Positions 27,772-36,809 of a stretch of 39,032 bases of DNA are shown in pieces. Source of the DNA: a virus (lineage: Duplodnaviria > Heunggongvirae > Uroviricota > Caudoviricetes). Under the pieces are notes generated by a model, which was given only the letters and a program-made list of their open reading frames with translations, searched no databases and was not told where the DNA came from. The position numbers and the translations under genes were made by a program. Where the stretch lies: positions 1 to 39,032 of the IMG/VR virus record IMGVR_UViG_649989948_000008. The stretch is one strand, 5' to 3'. How positions within the stretch are numbered: position 1 is the first letter of the stretch; each line of letters begins with the position of its first letter.

Positions 27772-28062
27772 TTATTCGGTTGTGACTTTTTTGATCAAGG
27801 CCACTCTACGACTAGGTGTTCTTGTAATGGTGGCAGTGAATCGTTTCGCTTGGATAGTAATGGTTTCGTTCTCCTTAAGTTGCCCGTAGCGAGTTTCCAC
27901 TAGGGTGCCAAGACGCCACAGACCATCATCGATACGTTTATGACTAGCAAATTTAATCAGCAACAGTTTTACGACTAACTGACCTACGTAAAAGGCGAAT
28001 GCGACTCCGGCCGCTAAGAAATAGGTGGCCAACCACCATTCCCAAGAAGTTAAATTGCTCAT
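27772..28062 (-). CDS. hypothetical membrane protein (96 aa, N-terminal transmembrane helix)
   Basis: WWLATYFLAAGVAFAFYVGQLVV hydrophobic segment; start overlaps the stop of the upstream small ORF. Confidence 0.45.
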   Translation of the reverse strand: MSNLTSWEWWLATYFLAAGVAFAFYVGQLVVKLLLIKFASHKRIDDGLWRLGTLVETRYGQLKENETITIQAKRFTATITRTPSRRVALIKKVTTE

Positions 28063-28211
28063 TTTTTCACCTTTATTTCATGAACTACCCGATACACACG
28101 CTTTCCGATGCACAGTGTTTTGGTTTTAAGTTCCTGCTTAATTAAATCACGACAGATGCCGAAGCCGATAAGGAAGCCACCCATAAAAGCTAATGAGATG
28201 TATGGAATCAT
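28059..28211 (-). CDS. small membrane protein (50 aa, below track cutoff)
   Basis: Hand-translated MIPYISLAFMGGFLIGFGICRDL...; ATGA overlaps at both ends; the start codon lies inside the repeated TGTATGGAATCAT motif. Confidence 0.35.
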   Translation of the reverse strand: MIPYISLAFMGGFLIGFGICRDLIKQELKTKTLCIGKRVYRVVHEIKVKK

Positions 28212-28423
28212 TTTAACACTCCTGATTCTACTAATTGCTGTAGCAATACTTTCCCTTTATCAGTTAACTGGTAGTTGGCCGAACACCACGTTTCAGAAAC
28301 GTTTGCAACCAACCCTAAACGCTCTAACTTAGCTCGCGTTTTAGGCTTCCAGTACTCAGGGAACTCCGGCCACTTACTGATTTCATGAAGCGTTTCCTTC
28401 TCCCGTTTACTTAATACGATCAT
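28208..28423 (-). CDS. hypothetical small protein (71 aa)
   Basis: Charged helical ORF with ATG start, translationally coupled to the downstream ORF. Confidence 0.4.
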   Translation of the reverse strand: MIVLSKREKETLHEISKWPEFPEYWKPKTRAKLERLGLVANVSETWCSANYQLTDKGKVLLQQLVESGVLK

Positions 28424-28586
28424 CCTTAATCTCCTTCAGGGTGTTGGTTATTTCTACAATGCGATAAATACGACCGCGTCTTTCTATAACACCGCTTTTA
28501 ATGTAGTCATTGATGCAACTGGACATCACCACAATACCTATGAAAAAACCAACTGCTAAAAATGCAATCATCCAGCCGAGCATCAT
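28407..28586 (-). CDS. small membrane protein (59 aa, below track cutoff)
   Basis: Hand-translated MMLGWMIAFLAVGFFIGIVVMSSC...; its ATG overlaps the ligase stop (ATGA). Confidence 0.35.
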   Translation of the reverse strand: MMLGWMIAFLAVGFFIGIVVMSSCINDYIKSGVIERRGRIYRIVEITNTLKEIKDDRIK

Positions 28587-29905
28587 TCTTTATCTCCGAT
28601 TCGATCTTCTGTATCGCGTAAGCAACGCGGCCATTTCAGTCGTGGGTGGCGTAAGCTGCCGTCCGGTGTTTTCTCGTGACAATGAACCTCGACAATACGA
28701 CCACGGTACTTCTCTTTGTTGTTCCAGATCTCATCCAGATATTTATGCTTAATGCCGCTCGCACGAACGATGACGCCGTTTTCAAGACGAATAACAATTT
28801 TTCCAAGTGTGTTGGCAAAACCAGAGTCCGGGTCGCCCGGCTCAAAGTCGATAATTTCACCATCTTCTGAATCTTCGTCTTTTAACTTCCACCAGCTGCG
28901 GGTACGTTTAAACTCGTAAACAGAGTTCGGATCTTTGCCCATCTCCCCTTCTTCGTTATCGTCCAGGCGTTTCATGAAGCGTTCGATGAAGTCTTCGTGG
29001 CTATGGATGATATAGAACGGATGCAGGTGAATGTCTTGTGTGTAGCCTTCACTGCGATCGTTTTTGAACAACGCCACCAGCATAGCCAGGCGCTCTTTCA
29101 GCTTCATACCTGTCTTTGCATACTCTTTGGATTTAGCCTGTGCTCGCCATTCCGGTAGGAAGAAGTCGAAAACATGATAAATAGCGCCAATTGCCTGCAC
29201 GTTCTTTTTGCGCAATGCAGATACGGACTGGTTAAATGAACCGGCAGTTCCTTCACCATCGAAGAAGATGTGTTTGTGGCCTGAAAGTTTGCCTAATTCG
29301 AGCATTGCTGGCTTTAGGTGATCGAGAGACGTGATTGGATTACCAGTACGAGAAAGGAAGTTAACCTCTTCCTCGTCAACAATAACCTCGCAAATTACTC
29401 GCAAACCATCGAGCTTAAGACTGCCAATCATCGGCCATTTTGCTTTAGGATTTGGCTTGAAGGGGTATTTGTCGCCTTTTTCTTTATACGGTGACGCCAG
29501 CTGCACCTCGAATTTCGGAATGGGATTTTCAAAAACCTTGTTGCATAGGCTAATCCCAACACCTGCTTTCGGGTCTTTTAAGAGGAAACGACGGAACACG
29601 TCCTGCCCATCGGCGCACATTGACGCCACGATAGACTCAACAGCTGCTATTGCTGCGTTCCCCGTTAGCTCGCGAGAGGCCAGCTTATTCAGTACATCAA
29701 TGGCTTTTTCGTCACTTGGGATGGACTCACTAAGCGGCTCTGCCACTTTGTATTTCTTTACCCCAAAACGGATGAAAGGGTTGAGCATCAATGAAACCAT
29801 GCTTTGCTCGAAGTCATCCATGTTGGCCAATGCCTCTTTTTTTGCATTGGTTCCCATAGCTTTCATTTCGTCCAGCTTATGCTTAAGTGCGATCAACTTT
29901 TTCAT
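28583..29905 (-). CDS. ATP-dependent DNA ligase
   Basis: Nucleotidyltransferase motif I KLDGLR, motif III FFDGEGT, motif IV EGEMGK, motif V WWKLK, then an OB-fold-sized C-terminus. Confidence 0.7.
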   Translation of the reverse strand: MKKLIALKHKLDEMKAMGTNAKKEALANMDDFEQSMVSLMLNPFIRFGVKKYKVAEPLSESIPSDEKAIDVLNKLASRELTGNAAIAAVESIVASMCADGQDVFRRFLLKDPKAGVGISLCNKVFENPIPKFEVQLASPYKEKGDKYPFKPNPKAKWPMIGSLKLDGLRVICEVIVDEEEVNFLSRTGNPITSLDHLKPAMLELGKLSGHKHIFFDGEGTAGSFNQSVSALRKKNVQAIGAIYHVFDFFLPEWRAQAKSKEYAKTGMKLKERLAMLVALFKNDRSEGYTQDIHLHPFYIIHSHEDFIERFMKRLDDNEEGEMGKDPNSVYEFKRTRSWWKLKDEDSEDGEIIDFEPGDPDSGFANTLGKIVIRLENGVIVRASGIKHKYLDEIWNNKEKYRGRIVEVHCHEKTPDGSLRHPRLKWPRCLRDTEDRIGDKE

Positions 29906-30384
29906 TGTTGTTTTACCTCCATATGTTGATCGATTTGCTCATGTGTTTCTTTTGTTGTTTCTTCAAGCAACGCCGCATACACGTCAGTGATCGCTGTTTG
30001 TGATGTGGTGCTCTTCTTAACCATGCTATTAATCGTTACACTGTCACGTTTTCGTTTTAAAGTTCTGGCTTGTTTATTCCGTTCTTCAACCTCCTTAATG
30101 AGCACGGTCATATCTTCGAAATACAGAGATTCTCCTTTACGAATCTCTTCAACCATCATTTTTAACGCCTTGCATTTGCCTGCTTTGATAGCGGTTGCGC
30201 ACGACTGGAATGAAGTTCGAGGAAGACGGTTTTCTTTGAAGGCAAGAATGGTGTGCTGGCAAACGGAGTAGCTGCAATATGCCGACTCACCGTTTATCTT
30301 TACTTCCTCACAACGAAGTGAATAACCATTATTTCCTGAAATAGAGGGGATTTTTGACAAATCAGCTTTCACAACTACCGCCAT
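29902..30384 (-). CDS. hypothetical protein (160 aa)
   Basis: ATG start; stop overlaps the ligase start (ATGA). Confidence 0.45.
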   Translation of the reverse strand: MAVVVKADLSKIPSISGNNGYSLRCEEVKINGESAYCSYSVCQHTILAFKENRLPRTSFQSCATAIKAGKCKALKMMVEEIRKGESLYFEDMTVLIKEVEERNKQARTLKRKRDSVTINSMVKKSTTSQTAITDVYAALLEETTKETHEQIDQHMEVKQQ

Positions 30385-30439
30385 AAATAATCTTGTACTT
30401 ACCTATCGTTATTTGCGTAAAAAACGACGCGCGGAGAGA

Positions 30440-31216
30440 TTACCAACTTCCCCAGCTAATCATCTTGCGCTGATTGCTTTCTAAGCGATAGGGGGCAAGA
30501 AGCTCTGTGATATGATTGGTGGCGTATGATTTAGCCTCTTGCTCTATCATCGGTAATTCGTTAGCAATCCTGACCACCTTCCAAGCAAATTCCGCCATTA
30601 CGCCATCACATGCCTTCCCAGCATCAATAACGATATGCACCAGATCCAACTGGCTTTTGCACATGTCGCAAAGAGACGCATACTCACTCTCTCTGATTAC
30701 ATTTACGGCATCATTAGCCCCTTTATTAAGCAAGACTTCCAACAGATTTTTCGGGGTAACGAAATCTGCTTTCAGAGATAATGTCTTTTCACCACTTATC
30801 GAACGCAAGTACTCTTCGTAGTTATTCTTCATCAAACCGCTGCTGCGCATTGCTAGAACTGCTTCTTGAATGGCCGCTTCAATAGTTTCGTCGTTTGAAA
30901 GACAAAAAACGGTATTTGTGTAGATCACTCTGCCATCAAGCCATGCTCCAACCTGCACTTTAAGACTGAGCGGGTTTTCTTTGCTAATAAAAACAACTAA
31001 TGCAGAACGTCGTGCACAAGAAGGTTCACCCCATACGTGTAACTTAACCTTCAGATAAGGTAGCCCCGGTAGCGGGATCTCGACCAAACGAGTGGCGATA
31101 TGATCCATTGCTGTTTTTACCGCTTTTTCAATGATGTCTAGTCGATTGCTCTCGCTGATTTCTAAACCAGTTTTATCAATGATGTCGCAGGCTAATTTCT
31201 GAATTTCGTCTTTCAT
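30440..31216 (-). CDS. hypothetical protein (258 aa)
   Basis: ATG start preceded by an ATAAGTA-n6-TACTTAT palindrome. Confidence 0.5.
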   Translation of the reverse strand: MKDEIQKLACDIIDKTGLEISESNRLDIIEKAVKTAMDHIATRLVEIPLPGLPYLKVKLHVWGEPSCARRSALVVFISKENPLSLKVQVGAWLDGRVIYTNTVFCLSNDETIEAAIQEAVLAMRSSGLMKNNYEEYLRSISGEKTLSLKADFVTPKNLLEVLLNKGANDAVNVIRESEYASLCDMCKSQLDLVHIVIDAGKACDGVMAEFAWKVVRIANELPMIEQEAKSYATNHITELLAPYRLESNQRKMISWGSW

Positions 31217-31291
31217 ACCAACTCCTAGCTAACAGATGAAAGTATTCTCACAGAAAGATAAGTAATCGTCTACTTATTTTAAAGGTGATTG

Positions 31292-32473
31292 TTATGATAG
31301 AGCCTTAATGCCCAAAACCTTGCTTTGCAACTCCAACTGTTTGGTATACGGTTTTGCCCGATAATAGGCTTTGATAATTTGTTCTGGCGTTGCACCGCCC
31401 GGGTCGAGTCCTTCCTCACCCAAACACGCAACTTTGACATTAAGACCGATACTGGTCAGTCGCCTGGCTGCGGCCATCGTGTTGCGTATAGCTTGCTTTT
31501 CACTATCCCACATCATGATCACATTACGTAATCCACGCGCCTTGAGCGTCAGGAACGCGCCTAACTGATCTTCTGCATCCTGAGTGGTGTTACCAGATAG
31601 ATGCATCCCGAACGTTCCTATTGGTTCCACGTAATCACGTAATGTTTCTTCGTCAAAAATAGCTCGTTTAACCCCCATAACATCGAACGCCCCCTCACAG
31701 ACAACTACAGTCTGTTTGCCGACTGCATTATGGCCGTTGTAGAGAAACTTACCTGAAGCTGGAAGTTGCATAGGAAAGAGGTAGCGGCGTTCTGCTGTAC
31801 CGGTAATGTCTCGTCCCTGAAATGTCTTCATTACCCCATCCAGATCGTAAACCGGTATCAGTATTCGCATATCGAATATCTGTCCTTTAACCTGATCTGT
31901 ATACGGATCTACATAGGCGTGCTTGCCTTCGACGCAGTATCGTAGGTCAAAATACTTTGCCATTTCAGGCGATATGTTTCGTTCAACCAGATAGTCTGGA
32001 AGACGGCCATCTATAGGAAGCTCGTAATGACGAGGGAGTGCAACTGGCTCCTCTAACTCGACTGTGCTTGCAAGCACTAGCTCTTCTTTCTTTGGTGCCC
32101 ACCCCTGGGAAAGAAGGGCGTTCTGCACATATTCCTCGAACTGTCGTCGTGATTTGCCGCTGTAGTGCTTGAGGAAGACCAGCTTATTGAACTGAATCTC
32201 TTCGGGATGATCACCAGCGAAGCATTTACCGACGCCACTGGTCAGATTGAAATATACCTTCCAGTTGGAGCTGCCGCATACCGGACACTCCTTGATATTC
32301 ACTTCACGACCGCGAGTACTCACGCCTCCACGTCGATAAACGATACCTTCAGTATCCAACCATTGTTCAAAATCTAATTCGGTAATTAGCTCTTTCAGCT
32401 CGCTCACGATAATTCCACTTTTAACAGGCAATATTGTGACCAACCTAAATGTTGATATAACATAAAGGCTCAT
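31292..32473 (-). CDS. DNA primase (zinc-ribbon plus TOPRIM)
   Basis: Zinc ribbon CPVCGSSNWKVYFNLTSGVGKCFAGDH and TOPRIM acidic motif VVVCEGAFDVMGV. Start placed at the ATG at 32473, which has the conserved start context (track ORF begins at 32545). Confidence 0.65.
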   Translation of the reverse strand: MSLYVISTFRLVTILPVKSGIIVSELKELITELDFEQWLDTEGIVYRRGGVSTRGREVNIKECPVCGSSNWKVYFNLTSGVGKCFAGDHPEEIQFNKLVFLKHYSGKSRRQFEEYVQNALLSQGWAPKKEELVLASTVELEEPVALPRHYELPIDGRLPDYLVERNISPEMAKYFDLRYCVEGKHAYVDPYTDQVKGQIFDMRILIPVYDLDGVMKTFQGRDITGTAERRYLFPMQLPASGKFLYNGHNAVGKQTVVVCEGAFDVMGVKRAIFDEETLRDYVEPIGTFGMHLSGNTTQDAEDQLGAFLTLKARGLRNVIMMWDSEKQAIRNTMAAARRLTSIGLNVKVACLGEEGLDPGGATPEQIIKAYYRAKPYTKQLELQSKVLGIKALS

Positions 32474-32554
32474 GTGTTTTTCTTTTGTGGTTTGGCAAAA
32501 GAAAAGTTGTTTCACCAATGAATCAAGCGTGGAGGTGTTCTCCACGCTTATTTT

Positions 32555-33895
32555 TTAGGTAACGTCTAAGATTCGCTCAATGAAGCGCATTTGTTCGAGG
32601 TTTTGTTTAACGCGAATGCTGATCCCTCCCTGCTGGTTACGTGAACCGGCAAAGTAGAGACGAGCCTCTCCTTTCGCTTCTTCTTCTTCGGTTTTGTTGA
32701 TCGTTATTACCAGGTCAGCAATACGTACTTTTTCGATGTTGTCGGCAGCGTGCATCATTGTGGCAACTTCTGACGCGCCACCTTCACGGTTTGTCTGCGA
32801 TGCCGTGATCCCAGCAACGTTATGCTTGTCATAAAGAGCACGTAAATCGGTGTAGATACTACGAATGTTGGCGCGATCATCACGAAGGTCATAACTGGCA
32901 CGCATCAAATCTGCGTAGTCGACAACAACCATGTCAGGTACCATGCCGTTGGCTTTCATGCTGTTAAGCATACGGTCCAGATCTGCCGGTGACATACTTC
33001 CTGACGGACGCTCAACCACCCACAAACTACCAATCCCCTTCGTGGCTCCCAACTCTGCCAACTTACGATGAACCTCATCGCGCCGTTCCACCAGCTTGGA
33101 CATTTCTGTCTCCGACAATCTTGCATCAAAACGGTCGGATAAAATGGTGGTGTGAACCTCCAGCGAGAGATACAGAACATTGTAGCCAGCAAGCGTTGCG
33201 TTTATGGAAAACTCACCCATTGCGGTCGATTTACCGGATTTAGCGAACCCCATGAAGAGCACCATTTCGCGCTTTGCCCAGCCTTTTTGGTACAGCAACC
33301 TATCGAGAAGAGGGAGTCCAGTTGTAATACTGTTTGGTACATACTCCTCTGAAGCCTCATATTCACGCGCTTTCAATCGCTCACTTGCGGAGGTGTAGTA
33401 GTCATAGATTCCGGTCGCTTCGTTCGATCCAATCTGCTGAACCCTGGCCATGATTGCCATCGCCCCCTGAAAGTCGCCTTTCTCTTTCAGTTCAGCAGCC
33501 TTAATCAGAGCATCATCAAACGCTACACTTTTTGCGAAGGTTGATACCTGGTCAACCATGTACGAGGTATCGGACAATTTTTCTGCAAGAATGCGCTTAA
33601 ACGCAGCAACAACATCGGCGAATAGTTCCTCACGGATAGTCTTATCGCGTTTCGCACGCTTAAGCATATCCAGAATTGCAGATGAAGAGGGCGCGCTCTT
33701 GTACATACGGTAATAGCCCGAAACCATATTAACCAATATGGCATTGGCCGCATTGGCAAACTGGCTAGGCACAACCAGATCTCCCGCACGAGTAAGAAAC
33801 TCGTGATCACGACAAAAATATGCCGTCAGTCTGTTCTGGAAATCTTCATCAAACTCTTCGGACAGCCCGCGTCCTGTATGGCAAAGTTCGGTCAT
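32555..33895 (-). CDS. dnaB: DnaB-family replicative helicase
   Basis: Walker A GFAKSGKST, Walker B VVVDYADLM, and ITASQTNREG resembling the DnaB SQLNR motif. Confidence 0.75.
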   Translation of the reverse strand: MTELCHTGRGLSEEFDEDFQNRLTAYFCRDHEFLTRAGDLVVPSQFANAANAILVNMVSGYYRMYKSAPSSSAILDMLKRAKRDKTIREELFADVVAAFKRILAEKLSDTSYMVDQVSTFAKSVAFDDALIKAAELKEKGDFQGAMAIMARVQQIGSNEATGIYDYYTSASERLKAREYEASEEYVPNSITTGLPLLDRLLYQKGWAKREMVLFMGFAKSGKSTAMGEFSINATLAGYNVLYLSLEVHTTILSDRFDARLSETEMSKLVERRDEVHRKLAELGATKGIGSLWVVERPSGSMSPADLDRMLNSMKANGMVPDMVVVDYADLMRASYDLRDDRANIRSIYTDLRALYDKHNVAGITASQTNREGGASEVATMMHAADNIEKVRIADLVITINKTEEEEAKGEARLYFAGSRNQQGGISIRVKQNLEQMRFIERILDVT

Positions 33896-33938
33896 GTGCT
33901 TTCCTTTGTTTTTTAAACAAATTGTTTTCTAGTGTTAG

Positions 33939-34679
33939 TTAATTAGATAGGGGATCAATAAACCGCCGTGCTTCTTCCAGTTCTTCTGGAAAGTGGGCGG
34001 AAATAAGGCGCTCTGGAACGATTTCCATTAGCCAGATAGCGGAGAAAATTGCGCGTATGCGCTTGCTGCGAGGGATGGTGCGCAAACGCTCCAGAATCCA
34101 CTCAAAATAGCTTTCCTGAATCGGGTTGAACTGCATGTCTCCCATATGCTTAAAGCTAACCAGAGAGTCATCCAGACGGGTTGTTGCGCGTCTGGCTAAT
34201 TTCTCTTCAAATATCTCAATCAGTTCTGGCTGCCACAAATGCTGTGGGCGCGGCAGCTTGTTCCACAGCCGTCGTGCAGCTGCGGAAAGAACGGTGGAGA
34301 TAAAGTAGTCGTATGAGCAGCAATAGCGATCCGCAAACTGGCGTGCTTTCCATAGCGACGTTTTATTGGCAGTCGACAACTCCTGATAAGGCAGGCGTTT
34401 TAACCCGGTGGTGAACGGAGCTGTTTCAAAGTGTTCGCGACCGTGCGTCAGCATGATATTTGAGTACTGACGTTTGTATGCCTCCGTAAAAAGACAGGTG
34501 GCCATGAGAGGATGCATGTCGCGGTAATCAAACCACTTCGTCTCGAAGAGTTCAGCCTCGTCTTTACAGCGCGACAAACCAATGTTTTCAGCGACCCACT
34601 TGTCCATAACAGCGGTATTCCACTCTGTCATGAAGTCGTACTGGTCGTTGTCGATGGTATCGAAAAAGATTTGGCTCAT
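33939..34679 (-). CDS. hypothetical protein upstream of the helicase (possible helicase-associated factor)
   Basis: ATG at 34679 with AGGTGA RBS (track ORF starts at a GTG at 34688); no motif recognised. Confidence 0.45.
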   Translation of the reverse strand: MSQIFFDTIDNDQYDFMTEWNTAVMDKWVAENIGLSRCKDEAELFETKWFDYRDMHPLMATCLFTEAYKRQYSNIMLTHGREHFETAPFTTGLKRLPYQELSTANKTSLWKARQFADRYCCSYDYFISTVLSAAARRLWNKLPRPQHLWQPELIEIFEEKLARRATTRLDDSLVSFKHMGDMQFNPIQESYFEWILERLRTIPRSKRIRAIFSAIWLMEIVPERLISAHFPEELEEARRFIDPLSN

Positions 34680-34961
34680 GTGGCTCACCTGGTAGGTAGT
34701 TACTTACTTATCACAATGAGCGGATGATAGCGACTGGTGGCAGTTTTTGGAAGTGGAAACGGAAGGGAGTTGTTCTGGTGGTGTCTTTTAAAAGACCTGC
34801 TTCCGTATATATTTAATAAGTTACTTATTATTTATATATACAGAAGCAGGCATAACTTGTCGTCTTAGACGCCCAGAAGCTCTACACTTTGAGCCTGTTA
34901 AATTGATTAAAAACTTATGTGTAAAATAGAACGCATTAGTCAGTAGCAAAGAGATGCAATA

Positions 34962-35729
34962 ATGGACGATTTATCGGTATACGCGAGATCATTGGATAAG
35001 GCTAAATACTATGTTTACTGTCTCTATGATACAGAAGACAAGATGAAAAGACCGTTTTACATAGGAAAAGGCAAATCGACTCGTTGTCTCGATCACATCA
35101 AGTATCCCGATGACTCTCCCAAATCCATGCGGATCAAAGAACTTTTGGCTAATAAAAAATTAGGCATAGATATACTTCGTCATGGTATGGATGAAACCAC
35201 AGCCAAACTTGTTGAGGCGACATGCATCGACCTTATGGGGGTCGGAGAGCTTACGAATAAGGTACGAGGAAGTGGTTCCATGATGGGCAGAATATCACTA
35301 GACGCCTACCATCACTTAGTGCTGCAAGAGGAAACTGAAATTGCTCCTGAGCACGCCGGTCTTGCCTTCCTGCTAAACAGCACCTACAAGTCAGGAATGT
35401 CCGCTCTGGCATTATATGAAGCTACGCGTGGCGTATGGGCAAAGGTTCCAAGAGACGAGAATCTCAAATATGCCTACGCTACATATGGTGGGCTGATAAT
35501 GGAAGTTTATCAGATTGAATGCTGGGTCAAAGCCGGCTCTCAGCAGTACTTTACAAGGGATATAGCTCTTGGCCCCGACACAAAACGTTATGAATTTGTT
35601 GGCAGAATAGCCGATGAGCATATTAGAAAACTGTATGTAGGCAAATTAATCAAGAAGCCACCAAGCTACGGTAGCCCTTTTGTGAAGGTTGGGGTGGTTA
35701 GGACTGAACATAGTGTTAGCGCGGCATAA
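34962..35729 (+). CDS. GIY-YIG nuclease-domain protein with uncharacterised C-terminal domain
   Basis: YYVYCLYD ... PFYIGKGKSTRCLDH (GIY and YIG elements, Arg), later LVEATCID (Glu) and LTNKVRG (Asn); one of the few plus-strand genes. Confidence 0.6.
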   Translation: MDDLSVYARSLDKAKYYVYCLYDTEDKMKRPFYIGKGKSTRCLDHIKYPDDSPKSMRIKELLANKKLGIDILRHGMDETTAKLVEATCIDLMGVGELTNKVRGSGSMMGRISLDAYHHLVLQEETEIAPEHAGLAFLLNSTYKSGMSALALYEATRGVWAKVPRDENLKYAYATYGGLIMEVYQIECWVKAGSQQYFTRDIALGPDTKRYEFVGRIADEHIRKLYVGKLIKKPPSYGSPFVKVGVVRTEHSVSAA

Positions 35730-35745
35730 AGCTGACACTGTAGTT

Positions 35746-35783
35746 ATGCATTGGCGCAATGTACGCGCCAATGCATGATTTTT
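35746..35783 (+). terminator. hairpin terminator between the convergent GIY-YIG and ParB-like genes
   Basis: Perfect 12-bp arms ATGCATTGGCGC/GCGCCAATGCAT with a 7-nt loop, followed by TTTTT on the plus strand. Confidence 0.55.
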
Positions 35784-36141
35784 AACCTTTCTTCATCAAC
35801 TCTCGTTTGATTTCATCGGTACGCATCGTGACATCGGCAGCGGTGATCGCCTCATTCAATTTCACGATGTCCTCGATTTCCTGCGGTGACTTCTCTGCCA
35901 GATGGAAAATGGCTGCTCGAATCACGTCAGAACGAGTGAACTTCTCGAAGCGAGGGATGAACTTCATCATCTCCAGCAGTTCGAAGTATTCGTCCTCCAG
36001 TGACATTGTGCGGCTTTTAATTTTCTCTTTGCCACGAGTCGGGCGTCCCTGTGGTCTGACTGGTTGGCGCAAAGGAGTTGTGTTCTTAGCCGGTGCATCA
36101 GGCTCTTTGCGCTTTGCTAGGTCACCCATTTTCATGGACAT
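35782..36141 (-). CDS. small partition-associated DNA-binding protein (ParB/ParG-like)
   Basis: 119-aa basic protein immediately downstream of parA and translationally coupled (TAATG); identity inferred from position and size only. Confidence 0.45.
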   Translation of the reverse strand: MSMKMGDLAKRKEPDAPAKNTTPLRQPVRPQGRPTRGKEKIKSRTMSLEDEYFELLEMMKFIPRFEKFTRSDVIRAAIFHLAEKSPQEIEDIVKLNEAITAADVTMRTDEIKRELMKKG

Positions 36142-36809
36142 TATTCTTCTTCCTCCAGACTCAACAGATAATCTACAAATTCTTCAAACTCGGCTTCAGC
36201 CTTTTTGTCGCGCTCGCTACCGGTCATTTCGAAGATAGAACGACCAGACTCTTCCGCATCATCGTAGACGTTGCGGTTATATAGATTGACTGGCGCAGAC
36301 TCGATGCCAAACGTCTCGACAATCTCTTTAGCCGCCAGAATGCGAGACACTTGTGATGGCAAAGCCGGGCACTGGTTCATGACCGCGCGGACCTTCACTT
36401 TATCGTTTACATTACGAACATTGTCGATAATAGGATCGATGTCACGCAGAGATTTCAAATCACGACGCTTAGGACGAAGCGGGATAATGATAACGTCGGC
36501 CATCAGCATCGCTTGTCGCTGAATTTCGGAGTCAAAGCCACCAGCATCTACCACTACAAACTCAGCTCTACCCTGAAGCGATTTTAGGTGCTTAATGATG
36601 TCATCCTGAACGTATGCAAAAGGAATCAGCTCAAGGTCTTCGTTCTGTCGACGGTCTTCACACCAGCTTGTTGTCGTGCGCTGAATATCTATATCAGTGA
36701 TATAAACCTTCTTCTTCTTTTTGACTTTCAGGCAAACGGCAATTTGCTGGGCAACAGTGGATTTGCCAGGCCCGCCCTTTGTGCCGCCAACCACAAAGAT
36801 CTTGGTCAT
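36141..36809 (-). CDS. parA: ParA/Soj-family partition ATPase (small, type Ib-like)
   Basis: Deviant Walker A GGTKGGPGKST at the N-terminus; 222 aa; preceded by the AAACAAcTTGTTTTCTTA motif. Confidence 0.75.
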   Translation of the reverse strand: MTKIFVVGGTKGGPGKSTVAQQIAVCLKVKKKKKVYITDIDIQRTTTSWCEDRRQNEDLELIPFAYVQDDIIKHLKSLQGRAEFVVVDAGGFDSEIQRQAMLMADVIIIPLRPKRRDLKSLRDIDPIIDNVRNVNDKVKVRAVMNQCPALPSQVSRILAAKEIVETFGIESAPVNLYNRNVYDDAEESGRSIFEMTGSERDKKAEAEFEEFVDYLLSLEEEE

